Position numbers and translations under genes: made by a program. The notes below the pieces were generated by a model. That model searched no databases, was not told the origin of the DNA, and saw only the letters and a program-made list of their open reading frames with translations. From Penicillus capitatus (taxonomy: Eukaryota; Plantae; Chlorophyta), in the NCBI GenBank assembly GCA_965649825.1, contig OZ287699.1:186001-250000 (forward strand): DNA of 64,000 nt, read 5' to 3'. This document shows, in pieces, positions 23,580 through 34,023 of the stretch (the first letter of the stretch is position 1; the number at the start of each line of letters is the position of its first letter).

Positions 23580-24690
23580 TTTTGCCTGGAATGTATTTCT
23601 TATTGTTCTGTATTTCCAAAATTATCGACTCCGGGTCTGTTGATGTCGTTTGGCTTTCAGAGAAAGGTGAAATCTCTGTTCGCATTTGGAATAGTGGACG
23701 TGTCTCGCAATTTGTCGCACATAAGACAATCGTCCTAGAAGTTTATTCATGTATGTGTCCTGTGTTGCTTTCCAAGTCGTCGGCAAAATGACGAATCTTG
23801 TTTTTGAGCGTAGTTTTGTTGCAAAGCAGTGTATTCAGTTTCTCGATGATTTCGTCATGGCATAAGCTTCTTTGCGGAAGTTGTTCTATTTGTCCGAATT
23901 TGTCGTATTCGGAGGCTATTGTCTCTCTGAGAGGTGTGACGTACGTTTCTAGTTGTCTCGCTGGGAGGGTCAGCTGTGGTGCTTGTATTGCAAGAGGGAG
24001 TTTCAGCGATCGAAGGAGGAGCTCTGCACGTGGTTCTCTCACACCTAACATGCTGATGATGGTCTCTGTTGGAGTGGTCTTGAGGGTACCGGCAATAAGA
24101 CAACTAGCGTTCATGTACATTCTGGTGGTTGTTTGCATTCTTGTCATTGATCGAAGTCCCGTGTGCATCCAGATTTCGGAGCTGTAGAGGAGACCACTGA
24201 GGGCGCACGATTTGACCACTAAGTGGGTAACCCACGGTTCGGTACCCCACAACGTCCGTGTTACTTGTCAGATAATGGTGAGGCGCCTGTTTTCCCTGGA
24301 GGCGGCTTCGGATGCGTGAATATGAAATCCCAGTTTGGTATCGACTGTGAGGCCTAGGTAGCGGCAGGTAGGAGACTCGTGGAGGAGAGTTCCATTGAAA
24401 AGGAGGAAAACAGGGGGAGAATTCCGGAGTCGACTGAGCTTTACCAACTTGCATTTTCGTTCGTTGATTGTCATGTGTTTTTCGGCAGCTCAGTTTCCAG
24501 CTTGCGTAGAATGTTTTGGATCTGGCTGAGGTCTTTGAATGTTTTCTGCAAAGGGGCACTTAGGAGAAGATCATCTGCGAACATCGTGAGTTCGCTGGGG
24601 AAGTAATCTGATCTGCTGCATCGTTGATGAAGCAGATGAATCAGGGAAAAGGGCGATCCCTGTGGCAATCCAAGCGTCGGTTACACTTGG
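23580..24690 (-). mobile_element. 5'-truncated, decayed non-LTR (LINE) retrotransposon, RT C-terminal half
   Basis: GLPQGS, MFADD, YLGLTVDTKL, GLLYSSEIW and IAGTLKTTPT spread over three frames. Boundaries approximate. Confidence 0.85.
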
Positions 24691-25574
24691 TTTTTTTACG
24701 AGACCCATTGCGCACCGCGACGGCGCCCGTTGGCTCGCATGAGACATCCTGCACGTTAGTTAGATGCATCCCCACGCCCTCGGGCAGTGATAGCCACTCT
24801 CTGGCCGCTCGGTCGTGGAAGCAGAAATAGTGCTAGACTCGGAAGACGGCGACGAGCTTTTTGGAGCCATCGGTTCGGTAGAAATCTCTCTCGCGTAGAC
24901 ACTAGTTTGAAAAAACACGTACTCCCTACTAATCAGTGATGTGACGTTTGGTCCTCTTGCTGATCAGCAAATCTGGGACTTCTTCTTCGGAACGATTTTC
25001 TCTTCGGCGACGTCTTTGTGGATCCATCCGGCCGTGTGCCGTCAAAGAGGCATTCAGATGCCAAGCGCTGACCGTCCACTGCAGATCATCTATAGGTCTC
25101 TAGTCGACTTAAGGCTGTAGTAGTTCCGCATAGGGAAGCTTGTGCACTCAGCGCTTGCCTGTGTACGTTATTTCCACCAAGGCACCTCGAATGTTGGCGG
25201 CGTCTAGGGTAAGACGTTCACAAAGTACTAATACAATTAACTGTTCGTATAAGGAATGTAAAGGAATGTACCAGTTCTTGGTGGACAGTTTTGGGCTGGT
25301 CGTACATTCATTCTTATTGCCGCATTCAAACCGACGTCGTTATTGGATCGTCATAAACAGGACAGCGGGTTCCAAAACGAACGGCTGGTTATCCAAAACA
25401 AACTTTGCCTGTAGCGGCGTCAAAGGCAGGAAAACCAACTGAGCACGGTGTCCAGCCACGTTCCACTTACTCTGTCACCCTACCAATTGTAGTGCAGATC
25501 TACCCCCCAAACGTTTGTTGACACGAATCCCCAGATAATACACAAAGCTTGAGTAGTGGGTGATAGCGATTGAG

Positions 25575-25800
25575 TCAAAAGTAGGTGATGATCACGGACG
25601 GCATCCATATCGATGCCCCGTTCAGGCAACCGGAATCCTTTATGTGGAGCAATTTGCAGCAGTCAAGGCAGACGCGTCTGTTCGATCTACAGTCGACAAC
25701 CTCAGACATGAAGAGCAGTGTGATTAGCAAACTCACATTTTTCTGCTAAACATACCAGACGTCTATTTTTCTGCGAGACAGATGACCTTCTTCTTCGCCA
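25575..25800 (-). pseudogene. Decayed MDM2-type RING exons of MATH-D
   Basis: KVICLAEK*TSG (TAG at 25763-25765 where MATH-A/B have Gln) and last exon SNRRVCLDCCKLL...GCLNG...VIITYF*, homologous to the MATH-A terminus. Confidence 0.75.
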
Positions 25801-27179
25801 CAGTGTGGCTTTGAAATCTGCACCGCCAACAGCAACATGGACCGTCGTGAGCTGGCTTCTTCGGCGAGGGAGTATTCCTTGCGATTCTTGAACGAAAAGC
25901 GCACAGCAAAAGTGATCCACTCGTCATCCAGGAAGCCAAGCACGGGATCACTGAGATCAGGCATGTCCACAAAACTCGGCCAGCCTCTGCTGGAATCACC
26001 CGGGGTGAACTTGTGTGCGAGCTCTTCACCATCGGCATTTTGAGATGTCAGTGGGGCAAAGGAGAAGGCAGACACCTTTGGTCACGCATTGTGTCTCGTC
26101 CAGGTGGTTAACAAGAGTGACACTGAAGCCAATCTCAGCGGTGCTGTGGCTGGAACACACGAGAAAGATGCCCCATCTGTCGTCTCCTGTGATGGATGTC
26201 GTACGCTTGAGCTTCAGATTCCTGCGCAACGACACATACACCATTGCTCAGTCGGAAAGCGGGAGTGCAACGAGCGATCACACCATGTCGTGCCTGCCAT
26301 TTTAATATCGTCAGATATGATATCCGAGAAACCGATCTCTCTCAGGCGACGCAGTTTCCACTAAAAACAGTCCTCAGTACACGAGTGTGGCCTCATCGAG
26401 AGGTAAACTGTGGCCGTGTAGGATCCGAAAGTGCAAAAGACGAGGTTCTGGTTATCGGGCGGAATGATGCCGATGTTCAGCACGACGATCAGGCAGTTCT
26501 CCAGCAGGTAGCCTGCCTCAGGATCGCCGACGTCCGCGGCAGAGATGACGTCGCAGTGACCCCAGGTACCTCCCGGTCTAAGCATCTTTCGCCATCCTTC
26601 CAGACGGGGACATGTAAGAGATGACGAGGCACGGAGTGAGAGGCCATTCACCTCGCGTCACACTTTTCGTCGAGTCCAAAGGATTGATGAGTTTGAATTT
26701 GTAGTGCACGTCCACGGGCTCTCCGCTGCCGACCAGTGCCAAGAACAGACAGATTTCCCCCTGTCTGTTCTTCACCCTGAGCCTCCTGTCGAAGACATCG
26801 GAATGGGCTTCAGGGAGATGGCGAAAGCGTCGGCCCGTACCACTTGCGTCCGGCGACGGTGAACAGGCCGGACTGGAATTCCTCGACGTTTGCGTCTAAG
26901 AAGTCTCTATGAATGCGACACTGCCGCCGCGAATGCCGTGTTCGCGTCCCCCGACTGATGGTTAGCTCACTTCGTATCGGCCGGACCGGTTGTCTGTCAG
27001 AAGGCTGCAGGAATAGTTCACGCCGTTGCTTGTGCCCGTCCCGTTGCTTCTCTTTCGCACTCCCTCCGCCTTTCCTGTATTACTCTCCTCCGCCTTTGTC
27101 AAGGACAAGTCTTCAGGGAGCAGCAGTACGGGTTCCGTTTGCTTACCACTCTAGGGCGTTGTGTGTAGGCGTTGCCCAT
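25746..27179 (-). CDS. MATH-D: MATH-MATH protein with N-terminal MGNAYT; RING out of frame
   Basis: NGVNYSC..SGRYE|CRIHRDFL, FTVAGRKW, RGWPSF, GFLDDEWITF; same intron positions as the other MATH genes. Confidence 0.8.
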
Positions 27180-27949
27180 GTGGAAACAGTACGAAGGAGT
27201 CCTGTAAGCAATTCAACAAATTGCACGAGTTTCCGCGTCGTTGCAACAGTAGGTGATGTCGTCTCTCGTGCGACAAGCTAACCATCGATCGCTCCGCCGA
27301 AGCCGTAATGGCATCGTTTCGATTACGTGGCGAGGACGGCGACGTGCCTTATGCTTTCCTGTGTAAATGAATGAGATAAAGATGCGCGCGACGCCGTTGG
27401 CCGTGCGTCTGTCGTTGTCGAACAGAAGCTGTCCATCCAGTGAAGCCGTCTGCGCCAGACTTGAGCAGCGGAATCGATGCTTGATGTACTGGGACAATGA
27501 TGGAGATTAGTCATGCGAACCGCTGACAAACAACCACAGCGAGTGTTGCAAACGCAATAACCATCAGGCGTCTCTAGGCCATAGAGAGCGACGAATGGAT
27601 AACCTCCTCGTAACAGTAGAGATATGGTTGTCAAATGCGAGCACAAGTTCACAGCTGATAAAATCGAAGGTTAGGAAAGCTTAACTACCATGAGCGACTG
27701 TTCCGTGTAAGATATCTCGCGTTCTTGTATGTTTAATAAGAGTTTTTTATCGACGTCGCCGTGTGTGTTTTTCGACTATCGTTGTATCTAGTGTTTACAT
27801 TGATTCCGGTCAGACAACTAGCTATTTGGTGACATTGACGCCATCAGAGCTGCTACCTTATGTCATTCGGTCGGCGTTTGGCATCGGCCATTGGTGCCGC
27901 GTAGTGAATTCTTTATGTAAACCCAAAACGTTTTACACCTAATTCATCA

Positions 27950-29854
27950 TGGAGTCTCTATTTATTGCTTCGATCGCAGCATCCCATCAGTATTGTCTAT
28001 CGCATCAGACTGTCATCTTTCCGATCCCTCGTCACCAATGTGACTATCATGGTTCCGCACCATAAGGAGTTCACACTGTCAAACGTCCAGAATGGCCCCG
28101 AGGACAGGGACAGACGACGCGCTGTAGATGCCAGTGCAAGTAGCACGGTTGTTGGAAGAGTTCGCCACAACATAAAGAGAACCTCGTGGCTGATGACACA
28201 GACCTCTTCCGGAACATGCGCCAGCAGCGACGTCGCATCTGGAGAGGGGCTCAGCCGCGGTCAATCGCGCGTTCCTCGTGCAGCAACGTCGCTTCTTCGA
28301 ACAAACGCCGCGATGTCTCTCTCGACGGACTTGCCACAGAGGAATCCTGACGAGGTACAGAATTGTGTCAGTCAGCCGTTTACCTCTCACTCTTGATCGA
28401 ATCGGAATGGCTCCTGCAGTCCGAAGGTCCCCTATCAGTGTCTGCATGTTCGTCATGCCGACGCCGCTTCACTTATCTTCGTCAAGTAAGTAAGTATTTA
28501 CGGCTTAAGGCCGAAGCGACGTTTGTCATAGCGTCGAGCCTGCGTCGCGAGAGGTCTTGATCCGTCGCCGAACAAACCAACCCACTTTCAAAACCATCCG
28601 TCAACAGCATTCGGATGCTGTACGTATCTCGAATTGTCGCGGTCCATACCACTAGCATCCTTGCTTTCGCGCAGCGACTGACTAGATCGATTGACAGCGC
28701 TCGTCACTGTTTCTTCAGAAACTTCGTTACGTTCAGCTGAGTTACTTCTTCTGGTGTCTAGCTTTACCGAGATGCGTGTGCTCGGCTTCTCCGGTGACAT
28801 TCACGGCACGTTCGCTTTCAGCGGTGAGCGGTCTGAAAGGACCCGTCTGACGCAGAGAAAGGCGGAAACTCGATTCGAGTGAGATACCGACGACTGTTCT
28901 GTCCTTGAGCTTCTCGGAGATCGTTATCGCCCTTCGTGCATCGACCGACGAGGCAGTTCTACCAAGTGCGAATTGCGCAGCACACACACTGCCGTCTCCG
29001 CTGCCGTGATCGCACTCCGTCGAATACGGGCTGCGTCGTCTGCCTTTTTTCCTAGCGTATAAAGCGAACGGGTTAGTAGAATGCGAACAGCCTCTCTCGT
29101 CTCACTCTCTGCCGAAAAGTCATTGTGCAGCTCTCGTTCGTCGACGGAGACGCTCTCGCCGAGTTCTGGAAAGAGAACAGAGACGGACGACGTCGATTTG
29201 TCAATAATCTCTCTGTCGCAGTTCTCTTGGCGGATATCAAGACCACGGATCTTTCATTGTGGCCAGCGTCTGCGGAATTTACCTCCGTATCACCTGCGAA
29301 CGCCGAAAACTGTTGCAACGTGTGCTTGGTGACGTGCAGTGTGGACAGTTATTATTTGTTCTATCCGTGAATCTCTGTTTCCCGCGATCGGGCAATCGCA
29401 CATGACGAACAGCTTTATTTGAAACGTGAAGCCTAAAAGAGCGAGAAGTCCCGAATCCTAAAGCGTCGTCCGAACGCTCGTCAGTTGCTTGGGCGAAGAA
29501 AAGAGCCATGGAAAACAAGGGGCACGTTTCTTTCTTGATGTCGACGAGTGGCAAGTTGTCTGCTGCAGACCGTGCCAGTTAGCGAATGACCAATTTTTTG
29601 AATGCGTTCGTTCCATCTCACCCCTCACTACAGCAGGGGGCATTAGAAGGAATAGCCGAGTGGTGTGATGTCTGCAAACAAAGCACGCGTCTATGTGCAT
29701 GAAATATGCGGTGTTTGTCGTCCGGCAGATCAACGTATTCTCCCGACTCTTTGCTCCGACCGCATGCTTTAGGGGATTGGAGCATTTATCTACCTCCAGA
29801 CTGAAGCGAGAATACCTCTCTGATATAACGATCACATCTCTAACCTATATTTGA
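27950..29854 (+). CDS. Family X copy 4, upstream of P4 (multi-exon, unknown function, possibly LRR/solenoid-like)
   Basis: GT-AG introns join plausible exons (TCHRGILT|SPKVPYQCLHVRH..|NVEPASREVLIRR; LSFVDGDALAEFWKENRDGRRRFVNN; VVCCRPC; VFVVRQINVFSRLF..FRGLEHL). Synonymous third-position differences against other copies support the + strand. Confidence 0.45.
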
Positions 29855-30222
29855 ACGAAGATGGAGAACAGAGAGTGACGGAGCTGCAGAAACAGCATCT
29901 CTGTCTCCAACAGTATCTCGTCGATCATCCATCGGACGCACATGCACCTCGGATAAAGGCAGAAAACAGGTCGTCCGCAACCAGACCTTTGTGCAGTGCA
30001 GAGCAAGTTATCCGCCCATTCGTCGGATGTAGGTGCCCGAGTGAAATGGACAGGAATCGATGAAGAGAATCTGGAACCAGGACTGTGCCTCTGTGTCGTC
30101 TTCAGAGAAAGGGGGCAGTGCTGCATCGATCAAATTGAAAGGCTGAAATTAAGAGATGGCTTATTGTCCACCCATTCGCGCCTCAATCGCCGAAGTTCAT
30201 TTTTACGTAACAAGGCAAGGCC

Positions 30223-32334
30223 ATGTCTGAACTTTCTTCCTGCACTAGACGTCCGCCTCCTTCGGAAAAAGTGGAGTCACTGCTGACAAGGCTGTGGCTG
30301 ACGCTGCTGCTGTTCGCACCGAATCCTTCACACGGCAGCTCAGGTATAGACGATACCGATATCCCGTCCGACGGCAAGTGATCGTCATGCTGTAGACTAT
30401 AGCGACCTGAACCCGCCGTTGACACGCGTCACCGAACAGAACGTCGCATCCCTGTGCCCTCAAGGTCTCGAGGCCAACGCGACGAACCGTCACTGTTGCC
30501 CTCAAGGCAAGCGCGCAGGCGAAAGCAGATTCCCGTACGTATGCAGCGTCCGGAAGGCGGGAACGCGAAAACACCTTTGTACGGCCACACTCGTCCACCG
30601 TAAATGGCTTCTGACGACGGCGCACTGCGTCGACCCTAACAGCGACGACTCCGCCGGCTGCTACCCCCTCATCTACTGCAGCAGTCCCGTCGCCAACGCA
30701 CCGGCCGAGGAGCAGGTGAGCAGTTTCCCTTGAAAGCGACCTCTCGCACAAAGATCCGACCGATCGTGCAGGTTTTCCACGTCGTCGATGCCTACCTGCA
30801 TGAGGATTGGTTCGGCGACGCCGCCTATGGGTCCAACGTCGCCATGCTGAAGCTGGACCGCAATGCGAACTACCCCATTCCGCGGTTCTTCCGCGAATGG
30901 ATGTTCGAAGGCGCAACCATGGACGTTCCGCTGTCTCGCTGGGTCGCCGAGGGCAAATCTTCGCGCAAGTGTGGCTGCTGCAGCTGCGAGGTCAAGAATC
31001 GCAACAACGACGCCTGTCAGAAGTACCCGCAGATCGTATCCAAGAGAAGCTGGCTGTGTGTCGACGGCGGAGAGACCGACAACTGGACAGGTGGACTGAG
31101 AAGCTGAAGGTCGCTTCTTCTGTTCAGGCTTCGACGCTTGCGCTTTCTAGGGGAAAAGGGAAGTCCTGTTTTGCTGGCCGATCGACCGAAGGGCAAGCTG
31201 GCGAAAGGAAATCCCAGCGAGGATCTGCTGGTCGGTTTCATGTCCTTCAGCACTTCCGATTCAGAGGGCAAGACTTGTGCTGTGTACACCAGTGTTTCCT
31301 TCTTCAGGACCTGGATCATGAAAACGATTGGAGGCAAAACGAAACCGAGTCGCTGCATGTTTGTGCCGAAGGCCGAGCCCAAGAAAGAACCTCATGACCA
31401 AAAGGATCAGGAAAAACCAGCGGCAGGCACTCAAGTAGAATCCTTAAAAACGCAGTTCCCATGTGTTGTTGTCATATGTGGCATTTTCTTCTTGGATATA
31501 GCTGACGCTTAATTTGACTCGAAAGAGAATTTCGTGCAATGTAGGTTGGAGTAGCAAAAGAAGAACCTACAGCGTCAGAGAAGAGCGAGAAGCAGACTGA
31601 AGAGGTGTCCGCCCCAGAAGCAAAGAGCAAGTCAGAGGATGAACAGCTGATCAGCGAGTTCAGAAGCCTCACCAAAGAACAGCAGATCCAAGTAGCCCGT
31701 TCTCACTCTTGAAGCCCTTTGATGTATGCGTCGAGTTCTCAGAGGATGGTCGACGCTATCAAGGCCGACGATAATAAAACAGCCAGAGCACTTCTTACAG
31801 CAGGATTGGATCCGAATACAGAGAGAGGCGACCGTGAACTTCGGCTTTCTGAGGATTCCAGGCTTCCCCACTGGGCCGCCCGCCTTAACGCTTCTGAATG
31901 CGCCGAGGTAATCTCGCCTCTACTGCTGTCCAGACATGCTCAGTGCATCCAAATCCTCCGCGAAGCGATGACGAGTGGATTTCTGTGCAGGCTTTGTTGG
32001 AGAGCGGCAGCGACGTTGACGCCTCCGACGCAAACAAAATGACGGCGCTCCTTTTTGCATCTTATTTCGGGCACCTCAATGTTGTAAAGGTGACTTCTAG
32101 AACAGTTCTTCGCTTGATATCTCACGCTTCGTTTAATAATAGGTTCTCTTGAAGCACAGCGTGAACGTGGAGGCTTCGGACCCGAACGGACATAGCTCAC
32201 TTCTTCTGGCGGCTAACAACAGGCAGACTGACGTCGTAAAGGTATCCTGAAAACAACTTCTGATATTAGCCGCACGACAGCTTGATGACTAGGTCCTTTT
32301 GGAAAACAAAGCCAACGTCAACTCCACAGACTAA
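30223..32334 (+). CDS. P4: signal peptide + trypsin-like pseudoprotease (Ser->Lys) + ankyrin repeats truncated by premature TAA
   Basis: LLTRLWLTLLLFAP; WLLTTAHC; NVAMLKL (Asp position is Asn); spliced DNWT-GEKGSPVL; TAA at 32332-32334 in the third 99-nt ANK exon. Confidence 0.8.
31610..32097 (+). repeat. 488-bp near-identical tract, copy 2 (partner at 17271-17758)
   Basis: Direct sequence comparison. Confidence 0.95.
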
Positions 32335-33061
32335 AATGGACGTACCGCACTTCATCTGCGACGACTGTCCGGGATCTCGATACCGTTAAGGTGGCATCTA
32401 AAACAGCCCTTGGCTTGTTGCTTTCACGATTTATGCAACAGATTCTTTTGGAGCACCATATAAACGTGGATGCTGTCGACAATATCGGACACACAGCACT
32501 TCACGAAGCATCTGCTCACGGGTCCGCCGACATCGCGAAGGTGACATCCAGACCACCACTTCCTGACATCTGTCGTATCATCGATCCATGAACAGGCCCT
32601 TTTAAAAGACGGTGCTTCTGTCGACATCCGTGATGGCGACGGGATGACAGCACTGTTCCATGTGTCTATGTCTGGAAAGATAGACGTGGCGAAGGCGAGC
32701 GTATATTTATTTTTCTCATTCCGACGGTTTGTTTCAGGTCCTTCTGTCTTCGAGGGCATCAAAAACTCTCCAAGACAATGATGGATACACTACAGCCCAA
32801 GTTGTGTGCAAGCACTGCTCCTTTTGTCCCGATAAAGGATGTCAAGCTCTCGCCGAGCTCTTGCCTGTCGGCGAGATGGTGAGGGGACGGCGTCATCCTG
32901 GGGTCGTGATGGATCAGGCGGAGGATAAATCGACTGAGGGGACTGTCTGGCTGGCGATGGGTGCACGCCGCCATGGGGCGCTTAGGGTCTTGTCAGAGGA
33001 GGTCTCAGGTGTGGTGGGGGCTCTGGGGGGCTCGGGTTCTCTGGTCCTGGGCGAGGGATGA
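32335..33061 (+). pseudogene. Remaining ANK exons of P4 downstream of the stop, plus unrelated G-rich extension
   Basis: 1-nt deletion after the TAA; two further 99-nt exons and a C-cap homologous to P3; the frame then runs on into unrelated sequence. Confidence 0.7.
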
Positions 33062-34023
33062 GTCATCAGCTTCGGGGGTCACATCGTTCGGACGGGTTAA
33101 AAAGGGGGAAGAACATTAGGGAAAGCGTCCATTGTTGTAAGCAGTTTCACGCGTTGAGTATCAGACTTCGGTCAGTCTGGCAGACGACGACGAACACCCC
33201 TCGGTTTCTAACGCGACCGTTCCATATCCGCCGTTGTACAGGAATCCGCCATTTCTAGCGGCGCTCGGATTCTTTCGCGAAGGGGAGCGCCAGAGCATCG
33301 ACGCCACTGACTTATTCCAGCGGGGCGCCGACCAGGTGGTTCATAACGCCGAGCTGTACGACTCCCGACGTAGCTCCGTCCAAGAAGACCGACACGAGCT
33401 CGTGGGAGAGGCCGGTCCGTCCAGGCATCCAGAAGAGGGAGGGAATCAGGCACCCCCTCGTCCGGACAGCGGCGCGTCAAGAAGTCCCACACGGCAAAGC
33501 CGACATTGCCTCCGTCAGCTGCATGAGAAAAATATCTCCAGCGTTTGCAGCGAACACATATCTCTTCTTGTCGCTGTATGGACTGACACAGCTGGCTCCC
33601 TTATAAAGAAAGAAGTCCTCTTTTGCTGGAGGACTTATGGAGGGACCGAGAAGAAACACGACGTTCGCGAGATCGAGACCTGCGTTTGCTTGCCGCACCG
33701 GTAACCCTTCACGTCTGCTCTCGGGCAATCAGTCCTTCGACGGCACATGACTAAATTCTATCCTCTATCCCGCCGAGATGCGTACGATGCTGTTCAGACG
33801 TCTTCCCCTGTACAATGTTTGTCGATGCCGTTTGCCGCGCTTGGTAATGTCAGCGTCAGAGAAAAGCATACGTCGACTCTGTGTGTATCGAAAGAGTTCG
33901 TTCGACCACAGTTGCCATTTTCTACAAGCTTACGGGAGAGCCATCGACATTCCAATGTTTGAAACAGCCTTGTTGTGACTGTCACGTCATAGACAGATTT
34001 CGGCGCTTTGCATTTCGTCTGTT

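Noticed and set aside
23460-25600. 3' LTR and pol of the gypsy element
   Set aside because: No second copy of 21121-21951 and no gypsy RT, RNase H or integrase motifs found by eye.
27997-28239. Minus-strand frame LLAHVPEEVCVISHEVLFMLWRTLPTTVLLALASTARRL resembling an F-box or NB-ARC winged-helix motif
   Set aside because: No start or P-loop context and bounded by stops. Cross-copy conservation and splice sites favour a + strand gene here, so this is likely a shadow frame.
25763-32334. TAA/TAG = Gln alternative genetic code. It is known in some ulvophytes; the TAG at 25763 sits where paralogs have Gln, and the TAA at 32332 is in a variable ANK position near P3's CAA.
   Set aside because: Both stops lie next to frameshifts in decaying segments. 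Conserved genes (starch synthase, CLP1, GT90, trehalase) have no internal TAR and terminate on TAA.
33234-33728. 156-aa ORF and G-rich/polypurine tract (33101-33115) after P4 as a possible gene or retroelement PPT
   Set aside because: No recognisable domain, and the purine tract is not followed by a TG-starting LTR copy.
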